64,000 nt of DNA from an uncultured delta proteobacterium (GCA_963823335.1 CAWGLD010000004.1:160001-224000); one strand, 5' to 3'; shown: positions 41,459-51,828, counted from the stretch's first letter. Made by a program: numbers and translations. The notes: generated from the sequence alone by a model not told the origin.

Positions 41459-42622
41459 ATGATGAAAAATGACCAGGAAAAAAAATTAGACAATCTCTAC
41501 AAACGTTACCTGAACGGAGACATTCATCGAAGAGATTTTATCAGATATTTAGGCATGGCTGGTGTTGCGGCAGGTCTGGTAGGGGGACCGTTTACGCCTT
41601 TTATCCGGGATGCCTTCGCGGCCAATTCGATTCGTTTCGATGGCTGGGGCGGTGTTGTGTCCGAATCCTTCCGTGAACACGCCTTTAATCCTTTTGAAAA
41701 AGCCACAGGTGCCAAGGTAATCGATGGGGAATTCGGTGATATGGATACCTATCTGACACGGGTCAAGGCATCCTTTCCGCCGGGAGGAGAGTTTAACCTG
41801 GCGCATCTGAGTGGTGTTTTCGATTATGCCAGATATGTGGGTCTCGGATATGATCTGGTACTGGATGAGAGCAAAATCCCCAACCTGAAAAACGTCATGA
41901 CCGCCATGATGGAACCTTATCGGGCCGTTACCAACGGGAAATTATCCGCAGTTCCTTATGATTACGGCCAGACGGGTATTGCCTATAACACCAAACACAT
42001 TTCCAAGGACAAGGCTGAAAAACTGGGTGCTTCCCTGCTTTGGGACAAGGATCTCGACAAGAAACTGGGAAGCTGGGGTGATTGGCGCACCAATATCTGG
42101 TATGGCGCATTGCACACCGGTCAGAATCCGAACAAAATTACCGATCTGAATGCTGTGTGGGATGCATTGCAAAAACAGGTTCCCATGATCAAGAAATACT
42201 GGGGTTCAGGTGCGGAACTAATGAGTCTGCTGGCCAATGAGGAGATTTACGCCACCGTGGCATGGTCTGGCCGCGTGGCTGCGCTACAGGCCCAGGGGCA
42301 TCCCATTGGATTCCTTTCTCCCCACAACTGTTATTCATGGCAGGAATGTATTTTCGTCATCAAGGGCACAGATCTGGATCTGGCCCACAAACTCTTGAAC
42401 TACATGCTGGATCCCAAGGCGGCCATCGCCGTGGCTGTTGGTCAAAAATATCCTTCTAGCCTTGATCCAACCAAGGTTCCCATGCCGGATGAGGTCAAGA
42501 AACTGCCCGCCTTCGATCCTACCGGAAAACTAGACGGCTATCTCTTTGCCGATCCTGCCTACTGGAACGGTCACCAAGTGGAATTTGCCGAGAAATGGGA
42601 CCGCATCAAGGCCGGTGGTTAA
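41459..42622 (+). CDS. ABC substrate-binding protein (PotD-like), Tat signal
   Basis: RRDFI twin-arginine motif, GIAYNT, AWSGR. Confidence 0.85.
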   Translation: MMKNDQEKKLDNLYKRYLNGDIHRRDFIRYLGMAGVAAGLVGGPFTPFIRDAFAANSIRFDGWGGVVSESFREHAFNPFEKATGAKVIDGEFGDMDTYLTRVKASFPPGGEFNLAHLSGVFDYARYVGLGYDLVLDESKIPNLKNVMTAMMEPYRAVTNGKLSAVPYDYGQTGIAYNTKHISKDKAEKLGASLLWDKDLDKKLGSWGDWRTNIWYGALHTGQNPNKITDLNAVWDALQKQVPMIKKYWGSGAELMSLLANEEIYATVAWSGRVAALQAQGHPIGFLSPHNCYSWQECIFVIKGTDLDLAHKLLNYMLDPKAAIAVAVGQKYPSSLDPTKVPMPDEVKKLPAFDPTGKLDGYLFADPAYWNGHQVEFAEKWDRIKAGG

Positions 42623-42832
42623 GACCTGAATCTTTTGGTGAGTATAGCTGAGTCTGCTATGCTTTTGATCGGCCCCTGCAAAACATGAAAAAGGGGTTTT
42701 GCGGCAAATTGCAGGAATGCTGAAATAATGGAATGATGGGTATTGGATATGCGGGAGACCTCCTACAATATCAATATCCCATCATTCCAGGGTTCTCTTA
42801 TTCCAGCACGATATTTTGTTGGATAAGGACAG

Positions 42833-42907
42833 TTGAAGAACCTCGCAGCATGCGAAGCACTGCCGAAGGGCAGAACCTACGGGGAATGCGCTCGCTTTTG
42901 CGGTTCA
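42833..42907 (+). repeat. REP-like family R3
   Basis: TTGAAGAACCTCGCAGCA...CTACGGGGAATGCGCTCGC...GCGGTTCA. Confidence 0.8.
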
Positions 42908-42947
42908 TTGCTCAATCCCCTGTTCGTATATGATGAGAGGAAATACC

Positions 42948-44060
42948 GTGGAGAAACAAGAAACTGTCCCTGCCGTTCATCTAAAAGGGGTCTATAAACG
43001 GTTCGGCAAAGTCGTAGCGGTTCAAAAGATGGATCTTGAATTTGAGGAAGGTACCCTGGTGACCCTCCTCGGACCTTCGGGCTGCGGGAAAACCACTATT
43101 TTGCGAATGATTGCCGGATTGGAATCGCCCACGGAAGGAGACATCTATATCAAGGGAAAGCGGGTCAACGACATCCCGATCCATAAACGCAACCTGGGTA
43201 TGATTTTTCAGAATTATGCCCTTTTCCCTCACAAGACGATTTTTGACAATGTCGCCTTCGGTTTAAAATATCGGGATGTTCCTAAAAATGAAGTGCCGGG
43301 AAAAGTCAAAAAAGCATTGGAAATGGTACGGCTCCCCGGTGTTGAAAACCGCATGCCATCGCAATTGTCCGGCGGTCAGCAGCAACGCATTGCCATGGCA
43401 CGCGCCATCGTGATCGAACCCGATGTCCTCTTAATGGACGAACCACTGTCGGCACTGGATGAAAATCTTCGCGAAGAAATGCGCCGGGAAATCGACAACC
43501 TTCAGCAGTTGCTGGGTGTAACGACTGTTTTTGTAACCCATGACCAGCGCGAAGCGTTGTCCATGTCCGATAAAATTCTGGTCATGAACAATGGGCTCAA
43601 ACAGCAGGAAGGGAGCCCTGAAGAGGTTTACAATTTTCCTGCAAACCATTTTGTGGCGGATTTTCTGGGGCACTCCAATTTTTTTAAGGGAGTTGTGTCA
43701 GACAATATCGGCGACAGGGTCCGTCTTCAGTTGCAGGACGGCAACACATTTGAGGTCATCCATCCGGGGTCCTGGAATAAAAATGACCCCGTCGAGCTGG
43801 TGGTAAGAGCGCAAAACTTCAAAGTTACCCAAAAAGATACGCCACCACCTGAAGCAAATATGAATTCTTTCAATGGCACCATCAAGGATCGCAGCTATAT
43901 GGGTGGCGAAGTCAGCTATTTCGTAGAGCTGGAAAACGGCACCCAGGTGCATGCCATCGGTATCGCAAAATTGAACCCCATTAGAAAGGGTGCCGCCATT
44001 TGTGTTCATGTGGCGCCCAGGCACTGTGGTTTGCTCAAGATCGATATCCCTACCCCATGA
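42948..44060 (+). CDS. ABC transporter ATPase (PotA-like, TOBE domain); start could be 42930
   Basis: [34 protein letters not shown]. Confidence 0.92.
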   Translation: MEKQETVPAVHLKGVYKRFGKVVAVQKMDLEFEEGTLVTLLGPSGCGKTTILRMIAGLESPTEGDIYIKGKRVNDIPIHKRNLGMIFQNYALFPHKTIFDNVAFGLKYRDVPKNEVPGKVKKALEMVRLPGVENRMPSQLSGGQQQRIAMARAIVIEPDVLLMDEPLSALDENLREEMRREIDNLQQLLGVTTVFVTHDQREALSMSDKILVMNNGLKQQEGSPEEVYNFPANHFVADFLGHSNFFKGVVSDNIGDRVRLQLQDGNTFEVIHPGSWNKNDPVELVVRAQNFKVTQKDTPPPEANMNSFNGTIKDRSYMGGEVSYFVELENGTQVHAIGIAKLNPIRKGAAICVHVAPRHCGLLKIDIPTP

Positions 44061-44216
44061 TTTACCTGCTTCCGGGCCTCGATAAACCCTATTGTTGCAC
44101 AAACAACATGACAAAGTAAATATCCCGTTTTTTCCGAATTGGAACTCCCCGCCACAAGCAGCGGGGATTGTTCTGTCGTGCGGCAGTGCTTCGCAGCGAC
44201 CGTAAAGAATTCTGTC

Positions 44217-44318
44217 TATAGGGGTTGTCAGAAAAACGTTCCGATTGAGGACTTTTTTCTGCTACAACCCCTTATGCCGCCATCCTATTTTCGGAACATA
44301 ATTATGACAAGCGGTATA
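44217..44318 (+). mobile_element. IS630-derived MITE (family M2, copy 1)
   Basis: Imperfect TIRs TATAGGGGTTGTCAGAAAAACGTTCCGA / TCGGAACATAATTATGACAAGCGGTATA; second copy at 55975-56077. Confidence 0.75.
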
Positions 44319-44321
44319 ATT

Positions 44322-44450
44322 TTGATTGTTCTACAAACCGCGTGCTTGGCACGCGGTTCCGAACCTGAACTTACGGAGACGTGCCGTCTCCTTTGTTTTC
44401 CCCCATTTTGGGGGAAATCCAAGCCACCCGTTTCACGGGTGGTAGTTGAC
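44322..44450 (-). mobile_element. MITE family M1, copy 2
   Basis: Near-exact reverse complement of 25028-25157. Confidence 0.8.
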
Positions 44451-44561
44451 TCGCTCACTATTGCGGTTCATTTTCTCTGCCCTCCGCACACTTCACGCAG
44501 AGGACCCGTTTTAAATTTTAATAATTTGTGATATGTTTCGCGCTACCAAGGAGGCCTTTAC

Positions 44562-45599
44562 GTGGACCACAAAAAACTTACACAAGTGCTAAGAAACACC
44601 TATCCCTCCCATATAACGACCATTGATTCTCATACCGCCGGGGAACCAACGCGTTTGATCGTCGGCGGTACAGGCCCTGTGTCGGGTCACACCATGAAGG
44701 AAAAACGCTTGTATTTCATGGAAAACTACGACCATATCCGTCTACAGCTCACCCGGGAAACACGGGGGCATCGGGATATGTTTGCAGCATTTCTGACTGA
44801 ACCCGTAACCCAAGGGGCTCATTTCGGTCTGATCTATATGGACCCCCGACGATATCCATTCCTTTGCGGTCATGCAACCATGGGGGCGGTTATGACATTG
44901 ATCACGGCCGGTGCCATACCCCACACAGCCGATGTCATACCTGTTATTGTGGACACCCCGTCAGGTCCCATGGAGACCACGGCCTACCTGCGGGATGGCC
45001 ATGTTGAATCGGTTGGCATCAAGATGGTGCCCTCTTTTGTTTACAAGGATAACGAACAGCTCGAACTCGCTGAATACGGTATGGTCTCAGCCGCGACGGT
45101 CTGCGTGGGCGGATTTTTTGTCATGGTATCTGCAGATGAAATCGGGCTCGATTGGACCCCCGCCAACAGACCCCGTTTTATCGATCTGGGTATGAAGCTC
45201 ATCGAAGCAGCCAATCAACAATTGCTTGTCCGTCATCCCACGCGACCGGAAGTCAATACCGTCGATGTGACCGAGTTCTACTATCCTGCCGGGGATGCAC
45301 GAGGACATGGAAAAAGCATCGTGGTTTACGGTGAAGAACATATGGATCGTTCCCCTTGCGGTACCGGAACCGCCGCCAAAATGACCTTGATGCATCACCG
45401 CGGTCAATTAGGGCTCCACAAGCCATTCATCAACACCAGTCCCCTGGGAACAACCTTCGAGGGCCGACTTGTGGAAGCCGTCGCTGTGGGAAACATGCCC
45501 GCCGTGATTGCAGAAATCAAGGGTAGTGCCTTTGTCACCGGAATTCATGAATTCATCGTGGACCCAAAAGACCCCTTGCAGGAAGGATACCTATTATGA
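44562..45599 (+). CDS. Proline racemase / hydroxyproline epimerase family
   Basis: IDSHTAGEPTR, LCGH and DRSPCGTG catalytic Cys pair. Confidence 0.9.
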   Translation: MDHKKLTQVLRNTYPSHITTIDSHTAGEPTRLIVGGTGPVSGHTMKEKRLYFMENYDHIRLQLTRETRGHRDMFAAFLTEPVTQGAHFGLIYMDPRRYPFLCGHATMGAVMTLITAGAIPHTADVIPVIVDTPSGPMETTAYLRDGHVESVGIKMVPSFVYKDNEQLELAEYGMVSAATVCVGGFFVMVSADEIGLDWTPANRPRFIDLGMKLIEAANQQLLVRHPTRPEVNTVDVTEFYYPAGDARGHGKSIVVYGEEHMDRSPCGTGTAAKMTLMHHRGQLGLHKPFINTSPLGTTFEGRLVEAVAVGNMPAVIAEIKGSAFVTGIHEFIVDPKDPLQEGYLL

Positions 45600-47242
45600 A
45601 GCCTCAAACGATTTGTCCGGACATGGTGTTACTGAACGGAACAATCCATACCATGGACACCCAAACCCCCCAGGCCCGGGCCGTCGCTGTCAGGGCCGGG
45701 CAAATAATGGCGGTCGGCGGAAACAAAGAGATATCCGCCCTGGCAGATTCATCCACAAAGAGAATCGATCTCAAAGGAAGACTTGTTTTGCCGGGCATGA
45801 TGGATTCTCATTTCCATTTTTATGACTGGGCCATGGGGAGAAAACAGCTCGAGCTGTCCGGTGAGACTTCCCTGGAGCAATTGCTTGTTAAGGTTGCCGG
45901 ATCCGCCCGGGAGATTTCCGACGGAAGCTGGATTCTGGGCCAGGGCTGGAACGAATCAGACTGGTCTGAGCACAGCATGCCCGACAGGGCCCGTCTGGAT
46001 GCCGTCGCACCAAACCACCCCGTGGCGCTCTGGCGCTGCGATCTTCATCTTGTAGCCGTAAATTCCATGGCATTGAACCTGGCGGGCATCGGCAAAGACA
46101 CCCCAAATCCAGAGGATGGCATCATCGAAAAAGATGCATCAGGCGAACCCACGGGCATTCTGCGGGAACTGGCGCCCAATCTGATCAAGGCCGTCATCCC
46201 CGATCCTGGGAGCAGAGCAATCGTAGCAGCCATGCAGGACGGCATTTCTCACCTGCATTCACTGGGGTTGACAGGTATTCATGATGTCCGACTCATGGGA
46301 GGACTTGAAGGCGCGTCTGCCTTAAAGGCCTGGCAGCTGTTGAACGAGAGCCGTGATCTCACACTGCGGTGCTGGGTCAGTCTGCCCGGTGAACGACTGC
46401 AAGAAGCTGTCGCCTTGGGGTTGAGAACCGGCATGGGTGATGACCGTCTTCGCATCGGGCACCTCAAATACTTTGCAGACGGCGGCATGGGTGCACGAAC
46501 CGCCTGGATGATCGAACCCTACCTGGATGCCGGATATGGTATGCCCCTGTCATCCATAGACGAGCTCAAACGTGCGGTACAGACCGCAGAAAAGGCAGGA
46601 CTGGCCGTCATCATACACGCCATCGGTGACCGTACAAACCGTGAAATCATTACCCTGTTCGAAGAATTGGCAGCAACACGCAAAGACAATGATGCGGAAT
46701 CCTACGCCCCTCCGCTGCTGCCGCACCGGATCGAACATACCCAGATGATCCGCTCCGAGGACATCAGACGCCTGGCCAATCTCGGTGTAGCCGCATGCGT
46801 TCAACCTCACAACATGATTCTGGATATCAACATGATCCATGCGTCGGTAGGGTCTCTCGGACGGCACACCTACGCCTACAGGGAGATGATCGACGCCGGC
46901 GTTCCCATAATGTTCAGCTCCGATGCACCGGTATGCGATCCAAGCCCCCTGGTGGGGATTCATGCTGCCGTCACGCGTCAGCGCCGGGATGGCACCCCTC
47001 AAGGCGGGTGGTATCCGGATCAGCGAATCAGCGTGGAGCAGTCGGTCCGGGGCTACACAACAGTCCCAGCTAACTTTTACGGCCGCTCCCATGAATTGGG
47101 GTCGCTTACACCAGGAAAGAAGGCGGACATCATCGTCTTGAACCGGAATATTTTTGAAATCGATCCCATGGAAATTATCGAAACACAGGTGGACGTAACC
47201 CTTTTCGACGGCCGGGTCGTTTATGCGCGGGGAGCCCTATAA
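45596..47242 (+). CDS. Amidohydrolase 3 family (YtcJ-like)
   Basis: PGMMDSHFH, HAIGD, RIEH, SSDAP, GKKAD. Confidence 0.9.
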   Translation: MKPQTICPDMVLLNGTIHTMDTQTPQARAVAVRAGQIMAVGGNKEISALADSSTKRIDLKGRLVLPGMMDSHFHFYDWAMGRKQLELSGETSLEQLLVKVAGSAREISDGSWILGQGWNESDWSEHSMPDRARLDAVAPNHPVALWRCDLHLVAVNSMALNLAGIGKDTPNPEDGIIEKDASGEPTGILRELAPNLIKAVIPDPGSRAIVAAMQDGISHLHSLGLTGIHDVRLMGGLEGASALKAWQLLNESRDLTLRCWVSLPGERLQEAVALGLRTGMGDDRLRIGHLKYFADGGMGARTAWMIEPYLDAGYGMPLSSIDELKRAVQTAEKAGLAVIIHAIGDRTNREIITLFEELAATRKDNDAESYAPPLLPHRIEHTQMIRSEDIRRLANLGVAACVQPHNMILDINMIHASVGSLGRHTYAYREMIDAGVPIMFSSDAPVCDPSPLVGIHAAVTRQRRDGTPQGGWYPDQRISVEQSVRGYTTVPANFYGRSHELGSLTPGKKADIIVLNRNIFEIDPMEIIETQVDVTLFDGRVVYARGAL

Positions 47243-47260
47243 AAGAGACGATCAATACGG

Positions 47261-47779
47261 CTACGGTGTGCCGGGATGGTAATATCCGCCGGGAGGTGTG
47301 GTAACCCTATTTCTCGGATACGGACCGATTGCCCTTTGGGGAATGACATATACTTCACGATAGCGCTGCTTCTCCGATGCAGTCGCCTGTGCTTCCTGGG
47401 CCGCCTTCATGGCTTCTTGCGCTTTTTTTTGGGCGTCCCTCGACTGGCGCTCGGCTTTTTCGAGACGTATTTTCAATGCCTCGGTTTCCGCTGTTTCTTT
47501 TTTCTTCCGTTGCTGGGCGGTAAGCTCTTGCATCATTTGTCGATGCGCCTCGTCATGCTTTTTGTCAGCAATTTTGTCGTGGGGGATTTCACTTGCCACC
47601 TGGACGTCTGCAAAATGCTGCGGGGGACTGTCGCTGAAATGTCTGACACCCTGTTCGTCGGTCCAGGAATAGATCTCCGCCCTGGCTGATAAAACAAACA
47701 AAACAATCAACAAAGGTGTCAAGCTTAACAAGATCCGTGCCCCGGCCTGCGATCGGCTTTTTTTTTGTGGTTTGGACAT
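47261..47779 (-). CDS. DUF4124 domain protein
   Basis: Signal peptide then AEIYSWTDEQGVRHFSDSPP. Confidence 0.8.
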   Translation of the reverse strand: MSKPQKKSRSQAGARILLSLTPLLIVLFVLSARAEIYSWTDEQGVRHFSDSPPQHFADVQVASEIPHDKIADKKHDEAHRQMMQELTAQQRKKKETAETEALKIRLEKAERQSRDAQKKAQEAMKAAQEAQATASEKQRYREVYVIPQRAIGPYPRNRVTTPPGGYYHPGTP

Positions 47780-47826
47780 CTGCAGATATCTTTTTTATAA
47801 AACCTATGTTGAGCGGTTCAAATGAA

Positions 47827-50310
47827 TCAGGTCATAAGAAATTCGGTGGTGTTGATCAGTCCTGAGACCGGAACAACGGGGTGGCCGTCATCATCGATTG
47901 TGACATGTCCCGGAAACTCAAATTCGGGATCCATGCTTTTATAATAATCTAGGGTGTAGGGCAGTAAGGCCAATCGCAGCTGTCCGTTGTCAGTCGAAAT
48001 TTTCGAGGTCAAACCAAAATCCACATCCCCCAGTTCCGTCAATATCACATAGCGTGGTATTTCCCTGCCGCTGCCGTCCCTCCGGATTCGGGTAGCAATG
48101 TCGATTACATCCTGCAGATCCACAGGATGTTTGGTGCTCCACGCTTTCTGGAGGGGCCATCCTGCTACATAGATATGGTGAAATTCGATGCCGATATGTC
48201 TCAAACCAAAGGCCAGGCTGTGAATTTTGTCCGCGGTATCATTGACGGTCGCCAGCAACGGTGTGTTGCTGTAGACTGTGATACCCTTATTTTTCAAGAC
48301 TCTCACCAGTTTTTCGTGGATCGGTTTGATTTCGTTTGAATGCAGGAACTGGGTCTCGATTTCCAACCGCATTGGGTCTGCCACCGTCAACCGATTGAGG
48401 GAACCCAGAATATCGATCACACCCCGGGTGTATATTTCCGGGTGGTAGTTCAATTTGAGACTGCGCAACCTCACGGCGTTCACGTGATGAATTTCGCCAA
48501 TCCGGCCGACAAGGCCTTCGATTTGATACAGGTTTTCCATGGCATCCTGCCTGGAGGAAAAGACCACATCCGTGATCTTGTCGTCTTTGCGGATATAGTC
48601 GAGCTCCTGATCACCCGCTGTTGCATCCATCTCCACACGGGTTTCGTGTACTCTCAAAAGCTTTTTCGACGGTGTAGAAACTATGGCACAGCCAATTCTC
48701 TGATCTTTCAGGGCTATGGTCTGCAGCTCTTTCAAAGCGTCGTGGTCGGTGGCTGCGGTTTTGACGGGGCCCGCTTTCCGGGAACCTATAAACAACCTTT
48801 CATCGCCGATCTGAGCCATAAACCGGGCATCCAGGGTACCCTCGCTGTTTACGCGAACATTGTCAAACTTGTCCATTCGCTCAGCAAACGCCTTGAAGTA
48901 TTCCGGCGTGTAAGGTGTTCTGATCCAGATGAAGTGATCATCTGCCGCATCCTTTTCCACGGCCCACCCGCTGGAATGCCAGTCGATTTTCCCGATGGGT
49001 GTGGCCGTACAGATTCTGGGGATGACGCGATCCGAGAGATGAGCCCGGAGATATCTTGACACCTCCAATCCCTTTGAAATGGGGCTCCAGTAAACACTGT
49101 TGCCGTGAATCGGGCTGCAGGGAATATATATGTAGTGGAGTTCCGCGCCGGCCCCTCTTAACAGGCTGAAGAGTCTTGTGAGTTCCGGTCCTTTATCATT
49201 ACAGCCTTCCAGGAAAGGTGTCTGTATGTAAACCGCGATACCGCTTTTTACCAATTCGGAAATGAGATCCAGGCTGTCCAGGGAGATTTCGTCCGGATGG
49301 ATAAAATGGGTTGCAACCTCCAGCCGTTTCCCGGTCAGCTGCAATTCCAGATTTATCATCTTGAGATAGTTGAGCCAGAAAGCATCGTTGTCATAAAAAA
49401 GGTGCGGGTAATAGGATATAGAACGTGTAGCAAGGCGCAGGGTCTGAACATGCGGAACGTCCTTTAATCCATCGATGGCACTCATCATGTTTTCCTTGTT
49501 CAGAAACGGGTCACCACCGGTTATGACGATTTCCTTGACAGCGGATGATTGACCAATATGTTCGACCGCCTTTTTGACATCTGCCTGGGTCGGGTTCATC
49601 TGGTTTCGCGATTCTTTGTGTTTTCGAAAACAAAAACGGCAGTAGACCGGACAACTCATGTTCAGCAAAAAGATTACCCGGTTCTGATACATCTGTTCGA
49701 GCAATCCCTGATGGAACTGACCGATCCAGGTGTTGGTCTGCCCCACCGGGTCCAGTTCTTCCACAAAGGGGGCGTATTGATACGTGACGTTTTTGGATAT
49801 CCTCATCTGGCGCAGGGTATGCATCGAGAGGCGAACCGGATACGTGTCCATTACTTTCTGCAGCGCATCACGCTGGTTGCCAGGTACGGATTCATTGGCC
49901 AGCTTTTCATACCGGCTGACATCCCGGATGGAAATAAACCGGTTGCCCGGAAGGATCTTTTCGAGCATGGCCAGTACCAGAAGATTGGGCAGCATCACCT
50001 TGTTGACGAGCATGGGAACAGGGTCACTGCTGGTGGATCGGGTCAGTTTTTCGGTAATCTCGGCAAAAAAACCCTTTGGGTCATTCTGGTACCCGGCGAC
50101 CTGCAACAGTCTTTTGAATTTTGTTTCACCGTCGCCGTCACCCACGATATCGTGGAAGGTCTTTCCCAAAAGATACAGCCCGCTGAAATGGGCCAGGAAA
50201 TCCGTCACGCCGGTTACAAGCTCTGAAAGTGAGACTCGGCATATTTCCTGAGAGTTGACAAATTCCATGCGATAGATGGTTTCTTCCGTACCCATATTCT
50301 TCTCCTTCAA
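47827..50310 (-). CDS. KamA-family radical SAM protein (lysine 2,3-aminomutase-like) with a degenerate second KamA domain
   Basis: CPVYCRFCFRK, TGGDP, THFIHPDEI, TPIGK; C-terminal repeat TQFLHSNEI...TPLL lacks CxxxCxxC. Confidence 0.85.
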   Translation of the reverse strand: MKEKNMGTEETIYRMEFVNSQEICRVSLSELVTGVTDFLAHFSGLYLLGKTFHDIVGDGDGETKFKRLLQVAGYQNDPKGFFAEITEKLTRSTSSDPVPMLVNKVMLPNLLVLAMLEKILPGNRFISIRDVSRYEKLANESVPGNQRDALQKVMDTYPVRLSMHTLRQMRISKNVTYQYAPFVEELDPVGQTNTWIGQFHQGLLEQMYQNRVIFLLNMSCPVYCRFCFRKHKESRNQMNPTQADVKKAVEHIGQSSAVKEIVITGGDPFLNKENMMSAIDGLKDVPHVQTLRLATRSISYYPHLFYDNDAFWLNYLKMINLELQLTGKRLEVATHFIHPDEISLDSLDLISELVKSGIAVYIQTPFLEGCNDKGPELTRLFSLLRGAGAELHYIYIPCSPIHGNSVYWSPISKGLEVSRYLRAHLSDRVIPRICTATPIGKIDWHSSGWAVEKDAADDHFIWIRTPYTPEYFKAFAERMDKFDNVRVNSEGTLDARFMAQIGDERLFIGSRKAGPVKTAATDHDALKELQTIALKDQRIGCAIVSTPSKKLLRVHETRVEMDATAGDQELDYIRKDDKITDVVFSSRQDAMENLYQIEGLVGRIGEIHHVNAVRLRSLKLNYHPEIYTRGVIDILGSLNRLTVADPMRLEIETQFLHSNEIKPIHEKLVRVLKNKGITVYSNTPLLATVNDTADKIHSLAFGLRHIGIEFHHIYVAGWPLQKAWSTKHPVDLQDVIDIATRIRRDGSGREIPRYVILTELGDVDFGLTSKISTDNGQLRLALLPYTLDYYKSMDPEFEFPGHVTIDDDGHPVVPVSGLINTTEFLMT

Positions 50311-50387
50311 ACAAATATTTTCAGGAATTATAACACAGTCAGCAACTGTGTCAATTTTTAGCCTGAAAAGCGCATTTAAGATAGCTT

Positions 50388-51269
50388 CTAATTGGGAGAG
50401 GCTCTTAATGGTTTATGCCAGACATTCATGCTTTCAATACGGCCTGAGATATTGGTATTGTTTAGGAGTGTCCCGCCAAAAGTATACCCCTTCCTCGCAA
50501 AAAGCATATTCATACCTGGAGAAAGCGCCCTGGCGATGCTAAAAGCGGTTCTGATGCCCTGTTCCGCCATATCCTGTTCCATGTTTTCCAGAAGACACCC
50601 TGCAAAACCCTGCCTACGGTATTCAGGCAGGGTTGCAAAATCCGTCATCTCCACCCCCTTGTGATCGGGATCGATTTCAGACGCGGCAATGGCATTGATC
50701 TGCCGGCGGTTCTCTATGCAAAAATATCTGGCCTGCTTTTTTTTCATAACGGTGGTCAGATAACCTTCATCGAATATAGGGAAAGGGTATGTCTTGAAGA
50801 CCGATTTAAATACCCGGCTCATTTTGACACCGTCTTCCGGTCTGCAGATACGGGTGTCCAGAAATTGCGTGCCCTTTTTTTTGGATGGGCGTTGTTGCTT
50901 TTTTTTGGCCAGAGATAGGATATCCTTGATCTGCTGCTGATGTGCTGTCTGTCTGCGACGTGAAGAGAAATATTTACACATAAAAACAGCATGTTCCCGG
51001 GTATTGAAGTATTGCGGTATAACAGCCTCCTGAACATAACCTTGTTTTTCATACGCCGGTTTGCTCCCCCATGGAACCTTGGCCAGGATTTTTTCATAGT
51101 GGTTGTCGTGGGCCAGTCGATCTAAGGCAGGCAGGATACGAAATGCATCCCGGTCATGATGTTTCATGAGGTAGACACGCCGGTTGTGGTGGCCGTGCTG
51201 GACAATCGATCGGCCGATTTTTTCGATAGTATCTGTCATGTGCAGCAATCTCCTGTTCATTAGAGACAT
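50388..51269 (-). CDS. ablB: Putative beta-lysine N-acetyltransferase
   Basis: RVYLMK, EMTDFATLPEYR, IARALSPGMN, GTLLNNTNISGRIESMNVW. Confidence 0.85.
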   Translation of the reverse strand: MSLMNRRLLHMTDTIEKIGRSIVQHGHHNRRVYLMKHHDRDAFRILPALDRLAHDNHYEKILAKVPWGSKPAYEKQGYVQEAVIPQYFNTREHAVFMCKYFSSRRRQTAHQQQIKDILSLAKKKQQRPSKKKGTQFLDTRICRPEDGVKMSRVFKSVFKTYPFPIFDEGYLTTVMKKKQARYFCIENRRQINAIAASEIDPDHKGVEMTDFATLPEYRRQGFAGCLLENMEQDMAEQGIRTAFSIARALSPGMNMLFARKGYTFGGTLLNNTNISGRIESMNVWHKPLRASPN

Positions 51270-51325
51270 TACGAACCCAAGGTCCAGGCACCTGTTACTA
51301 TGGGTTCAATAAACGTTGAATGGCC

Positions 51326-51814
51326 CTACTTTTCCAGGGCCGTAAAACCGGATCGGGCCACCTCTAAAACCCTTCTATCACCGACATCCAGCAAAAATGC
51401 ATCTATCATTTGCCATGTCCCGGCAATCTGGGCAACGCACACGTCGTTATCTTGCCGGTCGAGAATGTCAAAGACGTGTGTGTCTTTGAGATGTTCGAGG
51501 AAAGTGTCATCGGCCAGTAATTTCACGATTGCCACCTCTCTCCAGAAGCTCCGATCGATGTCCAATTCCCGGGCTGAAATCACTTCGGTCATCTTTTCAA
51601 TCTGCTTGACCACCTGGCGCATATTGTGATCACTGTCCTCCCGCAGGGTCAGTGTCATGCGGCTGATGCCCGTCTGAGGGGTGGTACAGGCCGTGATGGT
51701 TTCAACATTATACATTTTTCGGCGGATGAGCATGGATATCTTGTTCAGAGCCCCCGAGCGGTTCAGCATAAAAATCAGGATGGCACGCCGTTTGGCCGGT
51801 ACTTCGGTTGTCAT
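51326..51814 (-). CDS. ilvN: Acetolactate synthase small subunit
   Basis: ACT domain NRSGALNKI, SRMT, EVARSG; follows ilvB. Confidence 0.85.
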   Translation of the reverse strand: MTTEVPAKRRAILIFMLNRSGALNKISMLIRRKMYNVETITACTTPQTGISRMTLTLREDSDHNMRQVVKQIEKMTEVISARELDIDRSFWREVAIVKLLADDTFLEHLKDTHVFDILDRQDNDVCVAQIAGTWQMIDAFLLDVGDRRVLEVARSGFTALEK

Positions 51815-51828
51815 TGAAATCCTCCCAT

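Noticed and set aside
44139-44531. 130-aa ORF (and 56003-56233, 58244-58513, 36136-36372)
   Set aside because: Made up of MITE/REP sequence
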